Notes under the pieces: model-generated | Seen by the model: only the letters and a program-made list of their open reading frames with translations | Database searches by the model: none | Told to the model about the DNA's origin: nothing | Part shown: positions 18,608-29,400 of the stretch, piece by piece | How positions within the stretch are numbered: the stretch's first letter is position 1 | How the letters are laid out: each line of letters starts with the position of its first letter | Source of the DNA: an uncultured virus (IMG/VR IMGVR_UViG_3300044639_000797) | Lineage: Duplodnaviria > Heunggongvirae > Uroviricota > Caudoviricetes | Reading direction: 5' to 3' (one strand) | Length of the DNA: 64,000 nucleotides | Virus record (IMG/VR): IMGVR_UViG_3300044639_000797 | Position numbers and translations under genes: made by a program

Positions 18608-20134
18608 ATGGCATATAACACTACTGCAAAAGGCTTATCAGCTCTAGGACGTAACGGAGACAACACCCTCTTACATGTTAGCAAAGACGAACTAGCTGGG
18701 CTTCAATCACTAATAGGCCACAAACTTCCAACTAACCCACATACAGGGCTACAAGAGGCGTTTGACTTAAAGAACATAATTGCCATGCTAGGTATAGGTG
18801 CTCTTGGTGCTGCTACAGGCGGTGCAGCGTTAGCCGCCGCTCCCGGAATTACTACTATGGGTGCAACAGCATTAGGCGCAGGTGAAGGAGCTCTATTAGG
18901 GGGCGCATATAGCGCATCTCAAGGTAAAGGGTTTGGGGCAGGTGCATTAGGCGGTGCTCTTTCTGGTGGGCTTGGTGCTTATGGTGGTAGTAACTTGCCG
19001 GGCGCTTCTACTGCTCAGACAACCACATCTATGTCAGAACCCGCAGATGCTTTATTGACTACACCTAAAATAGCCGCCGCTCCTGAGTTACCCTATGGGT
19101 ATGATAAGTTTTTACCTGCTGCCCCTGATAAATTTACTGTTCCTTATGGAGCAGGTATAAAAACTCCAACAGAGTTTAGTTTAGGGGACACTTCTAAGTA
19201 CCAATCCCTTATTAATGATATCCCTGATGTAACTGCTAAAGATATACCGCTCACAGATAAGTTATCTACCGCTACAGGGAACCAACTCTCTGCTATGGGT
19301 AATAAGGACAACATGTGGGAGTGGGGTAAAATGGCTGGTATGGGGTCTCTTTTAGGCTCTAGTGCTCAAGATATGGTAGAGCAGAACCAAGCTATGGCTA
19401 ACCAAATACGCCAAGAAAAACTTGCAGCGCAAGCTAATGAACAGCAACAGCAGCAGTACTTTAAAGATTTAGGTTATCCATTAGCCTCGCTTTCTGATCT
19501 TAATAACTCTGACACCCAGTCACAATTTGACTATTATAAAAACATAATTAACCCTAAACAAGGGTATGCTGCGGGGGGTCCTATAACTATGACCCTACCT
19601 ATGGGGGGTGTGCCTGTAACTGCAACTTTCCCTGCTAGATATGCGTCTGAGTTAGAACAAATAGACATTCCGCACGAGATTAACCAAGCTCAAAATGTAG
19701 CTAAAGAAGGGACAGGAATGGCGAATGGGGGGTATATCAACACTCAACCTGTAAACCCAAACGCCTTTTACCCGCAGTCTCAAATACACAGTGCACAACC
19801 ATACCCTGCAGCTACACCACAACGCCATGAAATAATAGAAGGGTTTGAAGATGGCGGTATGTTAGACGGTCCGGGGGATGGTATGTCTGATGACATCCCT
19901 GCTAATATAGATGGTGAAGAAGAGATTAGGTTGGCTGATGGTGAGTTTGTTGTACCGCCTGATTTAGTACGTATGTTGGGTTTTGGCGATCCTGAAAAAG
20001 GTGCTGAATTATTAGACAACCTGCTACCCTTAGTAAGACAAGCGGCTCATGGTAAGAAAGAACAGATTAAACAAGATGCAGGTAAGTTAGCTGCTGAAAA
20101 GATGTTAGTTAGAGCGGCAAAAGGTAAGGCATGA
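18608..20134 (+). CDS. Putative internal/ejection protein
   Basis: GR.GD..L.H and NP.TGL.E N-terminus, glycine-zipper hydrophobic region, GPGDGMSDDIPA...LADGEFVVP C-terminal domain. Confidence 0.6.
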   Translation: MAYNTTAKGLSALGRNGDNTLLHVSKDELAGLQSLIGHKLPTNPHTGLQEAFDLKNIIAMLGIGALGAATGGAALAAAPGITTMGATALGAGEGALLGGAYSASQGKGFGAGALGGALSGGLGAYGGSNLPGASTAQTTTSMSEPADALLTTPKIAAAPELPYGYDKFLPAAPDKFTVPYGAGIKTPTEFSLGDTSKYQSLINDIPDVTAKDIPLTDKLSTATGNQLSAMGNKDNMWEWGKMAGMGSLLGSSAQDMVEQNQAMANQIRQEKLAAQANEQQQQQYFKDLGYPLASLSDLNNSDTQSQFDYYKNIINPKQGYAAGGPITMTLPMGGVPVTATFPARYASELEQIDIPHEINQAQNVAKEGTGMANGGYINTQPVNPNAFYPQSQIHSAQPYPAATPQRHEIIEGFEDGGMLDGPGDGMSDDIPANIDGEEEIRLADGEFVVPPDLVRMLGFGDPEKGAELLDNLLPLVRQAAHGKKEQIKQDAGKLAAEKMLVRAAKGKA

Positions 20135-20922
20135 ACTCCGTTCAAACACAAGGAATCGTAAACTCTATTGATGAGCTGGCTGTATGCATACAGGCTAAAG
20201 TGGACAGTGGTGAACTACAGAGTATGGAAACTACACTAAAGCACTACCACACAAAAGAGTTATACGGGCGTAGGATTATTGTCCCCGCAGGGTGCATCTT
20301 TACAACAGCAGTTCATAAGGTAAATCACATATCTGTAGCTCTAAGAGGGCGTATAACAATGTTAAATGCTGAAGGTGAATCTCAAGAAGTAATTGCTCCT
20401 GATATGTTTGTAACACCAGCTGGAACGCACCGTGTAGTTTATGTGCATGAAGAAGTGGAATTTGCTACTATACACGCATGTACTGAACAAGATGATACTA
20501 AAGTAGCTGAAGTGTTAACCTTTAACACAATGGCAGAGTACCAACGGTACGACTATATACAAGCTATTACAGAGGCGGGGTTTACAGATATGCAAGCTAG
20601 AGCACTTTCAGAGAATCTAGACGACCAAGTACCTATGCCAGAGAATGAGAAACTAACTTATATAGCCCCCTCTGCTATTGAAGGGCAAGGTGTATTTGCT
20701 TCTGAAGATATACTTAGTGGTTCTCGTATAGCTCCCGGACGCATTGGGCAATTTAGAACCTCTGTTGGAAGATATGCAAATCATAGCTCATTCCCTAATA
20801 CACAGTACGTGCTGGCTGGAGATAATATAGACATGTACGCTATAAAAAAGATATACAAAAACGAAGAACTTACTGTGGACTACAGACAAGCTAACCGAGT
20901 AAGACTAGGAGCGGAACAATGA
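20131..20922 (+). CDS. Cupin-like domain fused to a SET-domain methyltransferase
   Basis: N-terminal His-rich cupin pattern (Y.R.I.VPAG...H...H...PAGT.R...TIH). C-terminal SET motifs S.IEG.GVFA, RYANHS..PN and EELTVDY. Confidence 0.85.
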   Translation: MNSVQTQGIVNSIDELAVCIQAKVDSGELQSMETTLKHYHTKELYGRRIIVPAGCIFTTAVHKVNHISVALRGRITMLNAEGESQEVIAPDMFVTPAGTHRVVYVHEEVEFATIHACTEQDDTKVAEVLTFNTMAEYQRYDYIQAITEAGFTDMQARALSENLDDQVPMPENEKLTYIAPSAIEGQGVFASEDILSGSRIAPGRIGQFRTSVGRYANHSSFPNTQYVLAGDNIDMYAIKKIYKNEELTVDYRQANRVRLGAEQ

Positions 20923-22022
20923 GTTTCTTAGTATCAGCAGCAGCAACAGCAGCATCTACGGCAGCAGTAGCAGGGATTGGGGCAACTGCAGGTCTGACTG
21001 CTGGAGCTGTTGGTATGACCGCAGGAGCTTTAGCTGGGGGTGCTACTGCAGGTGCATTAGGTGCAGGTGTAGGAGCAATATCAGCCGCCGCTCAAGGACA
21101 AGATGTTGGCAAAGGAGCCCTTATGGGAGCCGCTTCTGGTGTAGTTACCGCAGGTGTTGCTAGTGGGTTAGGTGCTGCAGGGGCAGGAACTTTGATTGCA
21201 GGTACTGTTGGTGGAGCTGCAGGTGGAGCTGCAGGAGCAGCCGCAGGTGGTGAAGATGTTGGTAAAGGCGCTATGATTGGAGGTGCTACAGGGGCTGTTA
21301 CTAGTGGGGTAGGGGAGTTAGGTGGGGCTGTAGCGGGGCCAACTACTCCGGTAGATGTAGCCCCTGTAACTCCTTCAGGTCCTATGTCTCCAACTCCTAC
21401 TAGTGAACTTTCTTCTCTTAATAATGTAGCTCCTGTAGACGCACCCATTTCAGGACCCATGAGCCCAAAAATACCGGGATCAATTCAACCTTCTCCTTCA
21501 AGTGACCTTTTTGCTTCTGCTTCTATCGCGCACCCAGTAGACGCTGCGGCTAAAGGACTAACTAATCTAACAGGTTCTTCTATAACAGGCGACCAACTTA
21601 GTGGAGGTCTTAAAGCCTTAACTGCAGGGGCTCTAACAGATTATGCTGGACACAGTATGGTAAATGCCGATGAAGCGGCTAAAAAAGCAAACGAACAAAA
21701 CGCAATAGGCGCAGCAAACTTTGCAAATCAGGATCAAGCAGCCATGTCAAATTTAAAAGGTTTAGGTTTTAACTCTCCATCAGGACCACTATCTTCATTA
21801 GGTAATATAGGTAAAGCTACTGGAGGTCTTACAGCTCTGGCACATGGAGGTCAAGTTCCTCTTAAAGATGGCGCCTATATTATCCCTGCTGATGTAGTAA
21901 GCGCACTAGGTAATGGCTCCTCTAAAGCGGGTGCAGAGTTCTTAAGACAGCTTATGATGGAAGTGCGTAAAGAAGCAGTTAACATTCAAGGCTTAGGAGC
22001 GGCTAAAAAACATGGTGCTTAA
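20919..22022 (+). CDS. Gly/Ala-rich putative ejection protein
   Basis: Glycine-zipper hydrophobic N-terminus. C-terminal L.DG.YIIPADVVS.LGNGSS.AG resembles the 18608 C-terminus. Confidence 0.6.
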   Translation: MSFLVSAAATAASTAAVAGIGATAGLTAGAVGMTAGALAGGATAGALGAGVGAISAAAQGQDVGKGALMGAASGVVTAGVASGLGAAGAGTLIAGTVGGAAGGAAGAAAGGEDVGKGAMIGGATGAVTSGVGELGGAVAGPTTPVDVAPVTPSGPMSPTPTSELSSLNNVAPVDAPISGPMSPKIPGSIQPSPSSDLFASASIAHPVDAAAKGLTNLTGSSITGDQLSGGLKALTAGALTDYAGHSMVNADEAAKKANEQNAIGAANFANQDQAAMSNLKGLGFNSPSGPLSSLGNIGKATGGLTALAHGGQVPLKDGAYIIPADVVSALGNGSSKAGAEFLRQLMMEVRKEAVNIQGLGAAKKHGA

Positions 22023-22425
22023 AGTACAGCAAGTACCCTTAGAATACGTAAACCAAACATGGGATTACGTTGAGCCTTTTATAGAAGCAGCCCTTGAGTT
22101 TTCTGCTGGAGACTATAATGCAGAAGAGATACGGGTGATGTTAGCTCTAGGGTCTTGGCACCTTATTGTTGCTACTGATGAAGAAAATACTATACATGGA
22201 GCTTTAGTTGTGTCTTATTTCAATAGACCCGCTGACAGAGTTGGATTTGTAGTGGCTATTGGTGGTAAACTAGTATCTAACAGAGCTACATGGGCTCAAT
22301 TTGAAGACATTCTCCGGTTAAACGGTGCTACTTATTTAGAAGGTGCAGGTCGTGAATCTATAGTTAAGCTATGGTCTCGATACGGCATGAAACCCAAATA
22401 CACCATTATTGGTAAAAAACTTTAG
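22012..22425 (+). CDS. GNAT-like small protein
   Basis: 137-aa alpha/beta pattern ending G.GR.....LW.RYG. Position among internal virion genes. Confidence 0.45.
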   Translation: MVLKVQQVPLEYVNQTWDYVEPFIEAALEFSAGDYNAEEIRVMLALGSWHLIVATDEENTIHGALVVSYFNRPADRVGFVVAIGGKLVSNRATWAQFEDILRLNGATYLEGAGRESIVKLWSRYGMKPKYTIIGKKL

Positions 22426-22436
22426 AGATTAGAGCT

Positions 22437-24710
22437 ATGACATTCAAACCAAGTAGTATTCGTAAACTATTTTTCACTTATTTCTGCCCTACATTCTACG
22501 GCAGCCCCCCAGCAGCGCCTTCAAATACTACATCTACTCAGACTATCAATCAGTCGCCGTGGCAGAACCCAGTATACCAAGCTCTTATGTTAGGAACTGC
22601 GGATAAACCCGGACCTATTACTAGTATGCTACGTTCTAGTGCAGAACAAACAGCGGCATGGGACGCTATGAAAGCGGGCGGTTATTCTCCTGTGCCTACA
22701 CAAGCTCAATATACTGCGCCTTATACCCCTTCAACGGCGGTTGCTCCTACAACACCTGCTCCAACAGCGGCGCCTGTAGAACAACAAACAGCAGCTCGTG
22801 GTGGAATAATGTCCTTACAAGGTTACGCATCTGGAGGACTTACAGCAAAGCAAAAAGCCGCTCAAATTGCTAAACTACAAAAAGCAGTGAAAGGAGAAAC
22901 CGCCGCGCAACACGCCGCAAGGGTTCAAAAAATAATAGATTTAGGTGGGGCTCCTAATGAGGCTAATACTTCTTTCATGCAGAACTACACTGATGCTTCT
23001 GCTAATAAATATGAAGGCAAAATTGACCCTGCAACAGGAGTAGAATCTTTAAGACCTAGAGGTGCTACAGAATCAGCAGAGGATTATAAGAAATATACGG
23101 ATACATCTATAGCTGCAGGAGCCTCTCCTACTGAAGAAATGACTAAAGCTACCGCAGCAGCCAACTTAAAAAACACTATTGGCACCTCTATAACAAATGT
23201 AACTGCTGATACTACACCTGTATATGATGAAGCGGGAAATATAACAGGGTACAAATCTACAAACGAAGATTTTCAAAAACTTCAAGAAGCGGCTAGAAAA
23301 CTACAAACTCCAGAGCAGTTTGGGGCTGCTACTGACTTATATAAGTCTTCTGCAGCGGGGCTTCAAGCCGCAGCGGGGTATAAACCTACTGATATAGCCG
23401 CTCAAAAAGCAGACGTAGCTAAAGCAGAAGCTACAGGTTATGATGCGACTAAAATGAATGCTCCTGCTGATATAGCTGCTCAAAAGGCAGACGTGGCTAC
23501 TATGCAAGGTGCAGGGGATGTAAGTGCGAACCAACTACAACAATATCAAATGCAAGGTCCGGGAGCAGTTACTGCACCCACAGCGGAAGCTTCTCAAATG
23601 GCAGGGCCTAAGTCTTGGATAGATAAAGGCACTTCAGAAGCTTACATGTCTCCTTACATGCAGAACGTAGTTGACATACAAAAGAGAGAAGCTAATAGAG
23701 ACTACCAGCAACAACTTAATCAGTTAAATGCTCAATCAGTGCAAGCAGGTGCTTTTGGTGGGTCTCGTCAAGCTATACAACAAGCAGAAGCGGCTCGTAA
23801 CCAAGCTACTAGATTAGGTGATATTGAGGCTAAAGGACTGCAAGAAGCTTATGCATCAGGTATGGGGCAGTTTACTAATGAGCAAGGTCAGCAATTACAA
23901 GCGGGTCAAGCTAATTTAAGTGCAGCTCAACAAACTACTTTGGCTAATCAAGCGGCTCAAATACAAGCTATGATGGCTAATCAAGGTATGGACTACAATA
24001 CTGCGGTTCAAAATCTACAGGCTCAATTAGGTATTCAAAATACTCAAGCAGGGCAAGATTTGCAAGCGGCGTTAGCTAATCAACAGATCCAACAGCAAAC
24101 TCAAGGCGCTAATATGGCGGCTCAGAACCAAGCACAACAAGCCTACGTTCAACAAGCTCTACAAGCAGCTCAAGCTAATCAAGGTGCGGCTCTAACTGTT
24201 GAGCAACAAAACCAAATAGCTCAAAATGCTTCAGCTCAATATAACGCTACTAATGCACAAAATGTAAACTTAACTAACGCCGCAACTCAAAATACGGCTA
24301 ACCAACAATTAGTAGCACAACAATTAGCCGCTCAACAAGCTAATCAACAAGCGGGGTTAACCGCTAACCAACAAGGTATTTCTGCACTTCAAGGTGTTGG
24401 TCAAAATGCCGCCGGTTTAACGAGTACAGGCACAGCGGCAAACCAAGCGGGTATTGCAAACTTAGGGGCACAAGGTCAAGTTGTTCAAGCACAACAAGCT
24501 CTATCTCAAGCAGGGGTTAATGCTAACCAACAAACCGCTCAAAATGCTCTTGACTTCACTAATCAAGCTAATGCGGGGGTTGTTGCAGGGGTAAATGCTC
24601 AACCTGTGAGTGGAGGGACATCAACAAGTCAAGCCGTTAATAACCCAGCTACTTGGGCACGTGGTGGACTCATTAAAAACGGTAAAGTAAGCAAAAGAGG
24701 TGTGAAATAA
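22437..24710 (+). CDS. Putative DNA pilot/ejection protein
   Basis: YMSPY.QNV and AGAFGGSR motifs, long Q/A/N-rich coiled coil. Confidence 0.65.
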   Translation: MTFKPSSIRKLFFTYFCPTFYGSPPAAPSNTTSTQTINQSPWQNPVYQALMLGTADKPGPITSMLRSSAEQTAAWDAMKAGGYSPVPTQAQYTAPYTPSTAVAPTTPAPTAAPVEQQTAARGGIMSLQGYASGGLTAKQKAAQIAKLQKAVKGETAAQHAARVQKIIDLGGAPNEANTSFMQNYTDASANKYEGKIDPATGVESLRPRGATESAEDYKKYTDTSIAAGASPTEEMTKATAAANLKNTIGTSITNVTADTTPVYDEAGNITGYKSTNEDFQKLQEAARKLQTPEQFGAATDLYKSSAAGLQAAAGYKPTDIAAQKADVAKAEATGYDATKMNAPADIAAQKADVATMQGAGDVSANQLQQYQMQGPGAVTAPTAEASQMAGPKSWIDKGTSEAYMSPYMQNVVDIQKREANRDYQQQLNQLNAQSVQAGAFGGSRQAIQQAEAARNQATRLGDIEAKGLQEAYASGMGQFTNEQGQQLQAGQANLSAAQQTTLANQAAQIQAMMANQGMDYNTAVQNLQAQLGIQNTQAGQDLQAALANQQIQQQTQGANMAAQNQAQQAYVQQALQAAQANQGAALTVEQQNQIAQNASAQYNATNAQNVNLTNAATQNTANQQLVAQQLAAQQANQQAGLTANQQGISALQGVGQNAAGLTSTGTAANQAGIANLGAQGQVVQAQQALSQAGVNANQQTAQNALDFTNQANAGVVAGVNAQPVSGGTSTSQAVNNPATWARGGLIKNGKVSKRGVK

Positions 24711-26368
24711 TGAGTGCTCCAGTAACTAATCAATCTTATATCCAGCAAAATAACCAGCTTTTTGATTGGGCAAAAACAGCTACCCCACAGCAGATAGAGG
24801 CGGCTAAACACGGACTACCAAAAGACTCTCCTCTGTTATTAGCTATAGGTATGGGGGTTCAATACCAACAACAAGCTAGGGCTCCACACCCACAGGCTCC
24901 ACAAAAAACTGTAATGGAGCAAAAGTTAGGTGAGTTTGCGCAGACTTCACCACAAGGACTACCATCTGTAGGTGGGAACCAAATGGCTATGCAACAAGTA
25001 GACCCAATGCGAGGGGCAGGAATAGGCGTAGCCCCTGAAAATACTCCCGCTCCACAACAAGCGGCTACAGGTGGGTTAGTTGCACTGGCTCAAGGTGGTG
25101 AGGTTAGGCGTTTTGCGGTTGGAGGAGGTCCTCTAAGTAATCTTAATATAGACCCTAATGATCCAAACTTAGAAAACCTATTTAACGAAGAAGCTGCAGC
25201 AGCAGATGTTGCTGTTGCTAATGAAGCGTTAGGCGGTACTCCAGACGCTAGTAGTCTTCAGTACGGTGATAATAAGTACGCTAAAGATAGAGCAGTCGCA
25301 ACACATAAGAATTTATTAAGTGAAGCTAAAACAAAAAAACAAGCCCCTTCTGAGAAAGGTATTGCATCGTTGCCGGGAGGAATTTATGTACCTTCTGATA
25401 TATCTAAACTAAGTGAGTATTTAACTCCTAAAGGATCTAAAGTAGACCCTAACTCCTATAATGCAGATGCGATAGTAGCTAATATGTTAAACAAGGATAC
25501 TACCCCAAAATATAGTGAACAGCCTATAGGTAAACACGACATACTATTTGCTCCTGCGGATACAAGCTCAGCTGCACGTAATGCATCATCGCCTACTGCT
25601 AAAGGAGAAACTTACACATCTGCTGATACTGATGCCGCTATTGCAGAGATTGCTAGACTACGTGGTCCTGAAGCGGATATATCTGAAGAAGTAGCTGCAG
25701 CTAAGGAAGCAACCAGAAGCGCTAACAAAGAAAAATGGGGCACTGCGTTAGCTCAAGGTATAGGAGGTATGTTATCTGCTCAGACTCCGTACATGAGCCA
25801 AGCATTAGGTGCAGGGTTGTTATCAGGCGTATCAGGGTATCAGTCAGGCGCTAAAGACGAAGCTGCTGCAGAGAAAGAACAAAGAGCCCTACAGATGGCT
25901 CAGAAGAAAGCAAACCTTGCAGGGCATAGAGAAGCTACAGATATATGGTTAGCACAGAATGCCGAACAACAAAAAGCAGAAGCGGCAGCTAGAGCTAAAG
26001 CACATGAGCTAGGGTATAATAGAGAAACTGAGCTTATGAAAGGGAAACAGACTGGGTTGTTCGGTCAGTTGAATAAACAAGCAGATATTACGGCTAACTT
26101 AGAACTTGAAGGGTTTAAGCAAGGCAATAGAATGGAACAAATTGCTTATGAAGCTCAGTTAAAACAAATTGCTGCTGAAGCAGATCCAAAGACTAGACAA
26201 GCTTTAGTAACATCATTAGTGGCAGCAGGATCAAAAGGAGGACTTACCCTAGATGATGTATACGGTGATTTAGATAGGTGGATGAATTATGTAAATCAAG
26301 GGTCTCAAGCTGCACCTCAATCAGGAGGGTTTGGGCTGCCTTTAAAAGGTGGGATGTTCTTAAAATAA
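24710..26368 (+). CDS. Putative ejection protein
   Basis: Ala-rich helical protein with a hydrophobic hairpin, in the ejection cluster. Confidence 0.55.
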   Translation: MSAPVTNQSYIQQNNQLFDWAKTATPQQIEAAKHGLPKDSPLLLAIGMGVQYQQQARAPHPQAPQKTVMEQKLGEFAQTSPQGLPSVGGNQMAMQQVDPMRGAGIGVAPENTPAPQQAATGGLVALAQGGEVRRFAVGGGPLSNLNIDPNDPNLENLFNEEAAAADVAVANEALGGTPDASSLQYGDNKYAKDRAVATHKNLLSEAKTKKQAPSEKGIASLPGGIYVPSDISKLSEYLTPKGSKVDPNSYNADAIVANMLNKDTTPKYSEQPIGKHDILFAPADTSSAARNASSPTAKGETYTSADTDAAIAEIARLRGPEADISEEVAAAKEATRSANKEKWGTALAQGIGGMLSAQTPYMSQALGAGLLSGVSGYQSGAKDEAAAEKEQRALQMAQKKANLAGHREATDIWLAQNAEQQKAEAAARAKAHELGYNRETELMKGKQTGLFGQLNKQADITANLELEGFKQGNRMEQIAYEAQLKQIAAEADPKTRQALVTSLVAAGSKGGLTLDDVYGDLDRWMNYVNQGSQAAPQSGGFGLPLKGGMFLK

Positions 26369-26411
26369 AGTATAATATCTTCTATACTAACAAACACTAG
26401 ACGGAAGCAGC

Positions 26412-29400
26412 ATGGCTAATACAGAAATAGATCCTTTTGCATATAACCCTGCTGCTGCCGCCAGCATATTCGGAGAGTTGCCTCCACAAGCAGCTCCTGA
26501 AGAAGTAGATATCTCCCAGTACCTTCCTCAAGCCCAGCCTATGCAAGGGCGTAGCTCATCTTACGATGAAGCATTTCAACAAGCAGAAAGTCAGTATGGG
26601 TTGCCTAGCGGCCTTCTCTCTACTATAGGGTTTCACGAAAGTAGGTTTAATCCTAACGCAGTAAGTCCTGCTGGAGCTGAAGGTTTGATGCAGTTAATGC
26701 CTCCTACTGCCAAAGAATACGGGGTTAACGCTCGTGATCCATATGCATCTATTGATGCTGCTGGTAAGAAGATGTCAGGGCTGGTCAAGTATTATAATGG
26801 TGATATGGCTAAGGCTGTTGCTGCTTATAACTACGGCGAAGGTAATCTCAATAGAGCTATACGTAAAGCAGGGGATAACTGGATATCAGCTGTCCCTAGA
26901 GAGACACAATTTTATGTTTCCAAGGTACTAGGCGGTCAGCCGCAAGGTCAAGAGGCACAAGGACCACAAGAAGATACTTATCCTATACCCCTAGCAAGTG
27001 GTAAAACTTTGTACGCCCCTAAAGGAATGCCACGAGAAGAAGCTTTGGCAAGTGCAAGAGCTCAAGGTGTAGATGCAGTTGGGCTACGTGATATATCTCT
27101 AGCTAGTGGGAAGACTTTACAAGTACCTGAGCATTTAACTGATGAGGAAGCTATTAAGCGAGCCTCTGAAGCACACCCTGATATAGACTTCACCCTTGCT
27201 AAAAAAGACTTAGGGCCTCGTACTACTGGAGGTTTCTTTAAAGATGTAGGGGCTACAACACTGAAAGGCGTTACAAGTTTAGCTCAATCTGTTATCGGGT
27301 TAGCAGACATTATTACTCCGGGAGATTTAGGTGCGGCAGTTGAAAATAATGTAGTAGATCTAAGCAAATATCAGGACTATCTAGACAAACAATTCTCACC
27401 TCAAACACAAGAAGCTATTAAAAACCTAAACGAAGCTCACGGTTTAGGTAACATCTTGCAAGCAGCTAAAGAAAACCCTTCCGCTGTATTATCTATGGTA
27501 GGTCAAGCTATCCCTCAAATGGTAGGTGCAGCAGGTCCTGCTAAAGCCGCTCTGTATGGGTTAGGTAAACTATCAACTAAAGCTACACCAGCAATAGCAT
27601 CAGCTATAGAGAACTACGGGGCATATGGTGCTGCAGGTGCAGGGGAAGGTCTACTAGGTGCGGGGGGAGCAAAAGAGAATTTAAGAGAGATAAATCCAGA
27701 AGGTGAAGCAACAGGGGTAAACACTCTAGCAGCACTAGGTACGGGCGCTGGAACCGCGTTGTTTGGTGCAGTCGGCTCTAAAGCTACTACTGCATTAGGC
27801 GGTGTTGACCCTACTGTGATGTTTATGGGGGGTCTTAAGAAGGCGGCTGTTGATGCAGTGGGTGATGTTGCTACTACTCCGGGGTTCTTTAAATCAACCT
27901 TAGTCTCTATGGTAGGAGAGGGTGTATTAGAAGAAGCACCTCAATCGGCAGTTGAACAGATGTTTCAAAACTATGCTACAAATAGCCCGCTACTTGATGG
28001 TGTACCAGACTCCGCATTTAAAGGTGCGGTTATAGGCGCTCTTATGGGGGGTGGTGCAAACGTAGGTAGTAGAATAGCAGCACCTCCAACGCCAACGCCA
28101 ACGCCAGAAGTAGCACCGCCAGAAGCGGGAGTAATACCTCCAGAAGCAGAAACAGAAGTAGAAGAAAAAGAACCTGTAGTTAGAGGTAGAGGTACGTTAT
28201 TTACTCCTGAAGATGAAGCTATACTTGCAGAAAGAACTAAAGGTAAGAAAGAAAAGCAAGCGGTTGAACAAGTAGTGGCAGGAGCCCCAGCGGTTGAAGA
28301 AGTAGTGGCAGGAGCCCCAGCGGTTGAAGAAGTAGTGCCTGAGCCTACTGTAAAAGCTAAGAAAGAAAAACCTGTAAAGACTGAACCTACATGGCTGACA
28401 GAAACATTAGGGCTACCTGAATCAAGTGCAGTATATAAACGAATAGCATCTCAAGGATTAGATATAAACAACCCTGAACAGCACGATGCTATTGATAGGG
28501 CTCTTGCACCTCTTAGCACTAATAAAAAAATAAGCGGCGATCAGTGGTCTGTCTTAGACCAACGTATGGAAGCAGTAAAACAAGGACAACCTATACCTAC
28601 ACCGGAGATACAAAATGCCCAGCAAATCCCCAGCCCAAGCCCGATTGTTCGCGATGGCAGCACACAACCCCAAGAAGGCCAAGCAGTTGAAAATATCCCC
28701 CAAGTTGGCAAAGGAATGGAACCAAGCAGACAAGGGGAGCCCATTGCTCAAAAAGGCGCTGAAGAAAAAGAAGTAGGAAAAGTAGGAAAAGTAGGAAAGG
28801 TAGAAGAAGCCCCAAGGGAACATGTGGTATGGCGAACACCTGATGCTAATGATAAGACATTTACTTATAACCACCCTAAAACAGCCTTAGACTTAGGTAA
28901 CTACACATACGTATTTGATACAAAAGATAACTCTTATAGTGTTAATGATAGAGATATACACATATATAAAAGAGGGGAAAAAAGAGAAGGGTTTTCAAGT
29001 AAAGCCGACTTAGGTACTTCTGGGCACACATATATACGTTCTCCTAAGCTTGATGCTAGAAGCACTTTAACTGAAACTCATATAGATGAAAATACTCCTT
29101 GGCCTTCTGATGTACCTTTGACTCTTAGAAAAGCATTGATACAACATGCAGGGGCAAAAACTACTGAACAGATTAAAGCATCTGAGAAAAACCTTTTAAC
29201 TGTTGTTAATCAACTAGAAGAAGACAACAGAGCTGAGCAAGTAGTTCTGCCACAAGGTATAAAAGTACCTAAAGTACAAGTGCCAGAAGTAAAAGCGCCT
29301 ACTGAAAAACCAGTAAAAGGGTTAAATGCAGTACAGAAACGCTATAAAGAGCATATTGTTAATGGTACTTTAGATGAAGCCGATAATGCTGTTAAAGATC

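Noticed and set aside
22420..22426. Second CTT-stop site (CTT TAG A)
   Set aside because: There is no SD 3 nt upstream and the next gene has its own ATG.
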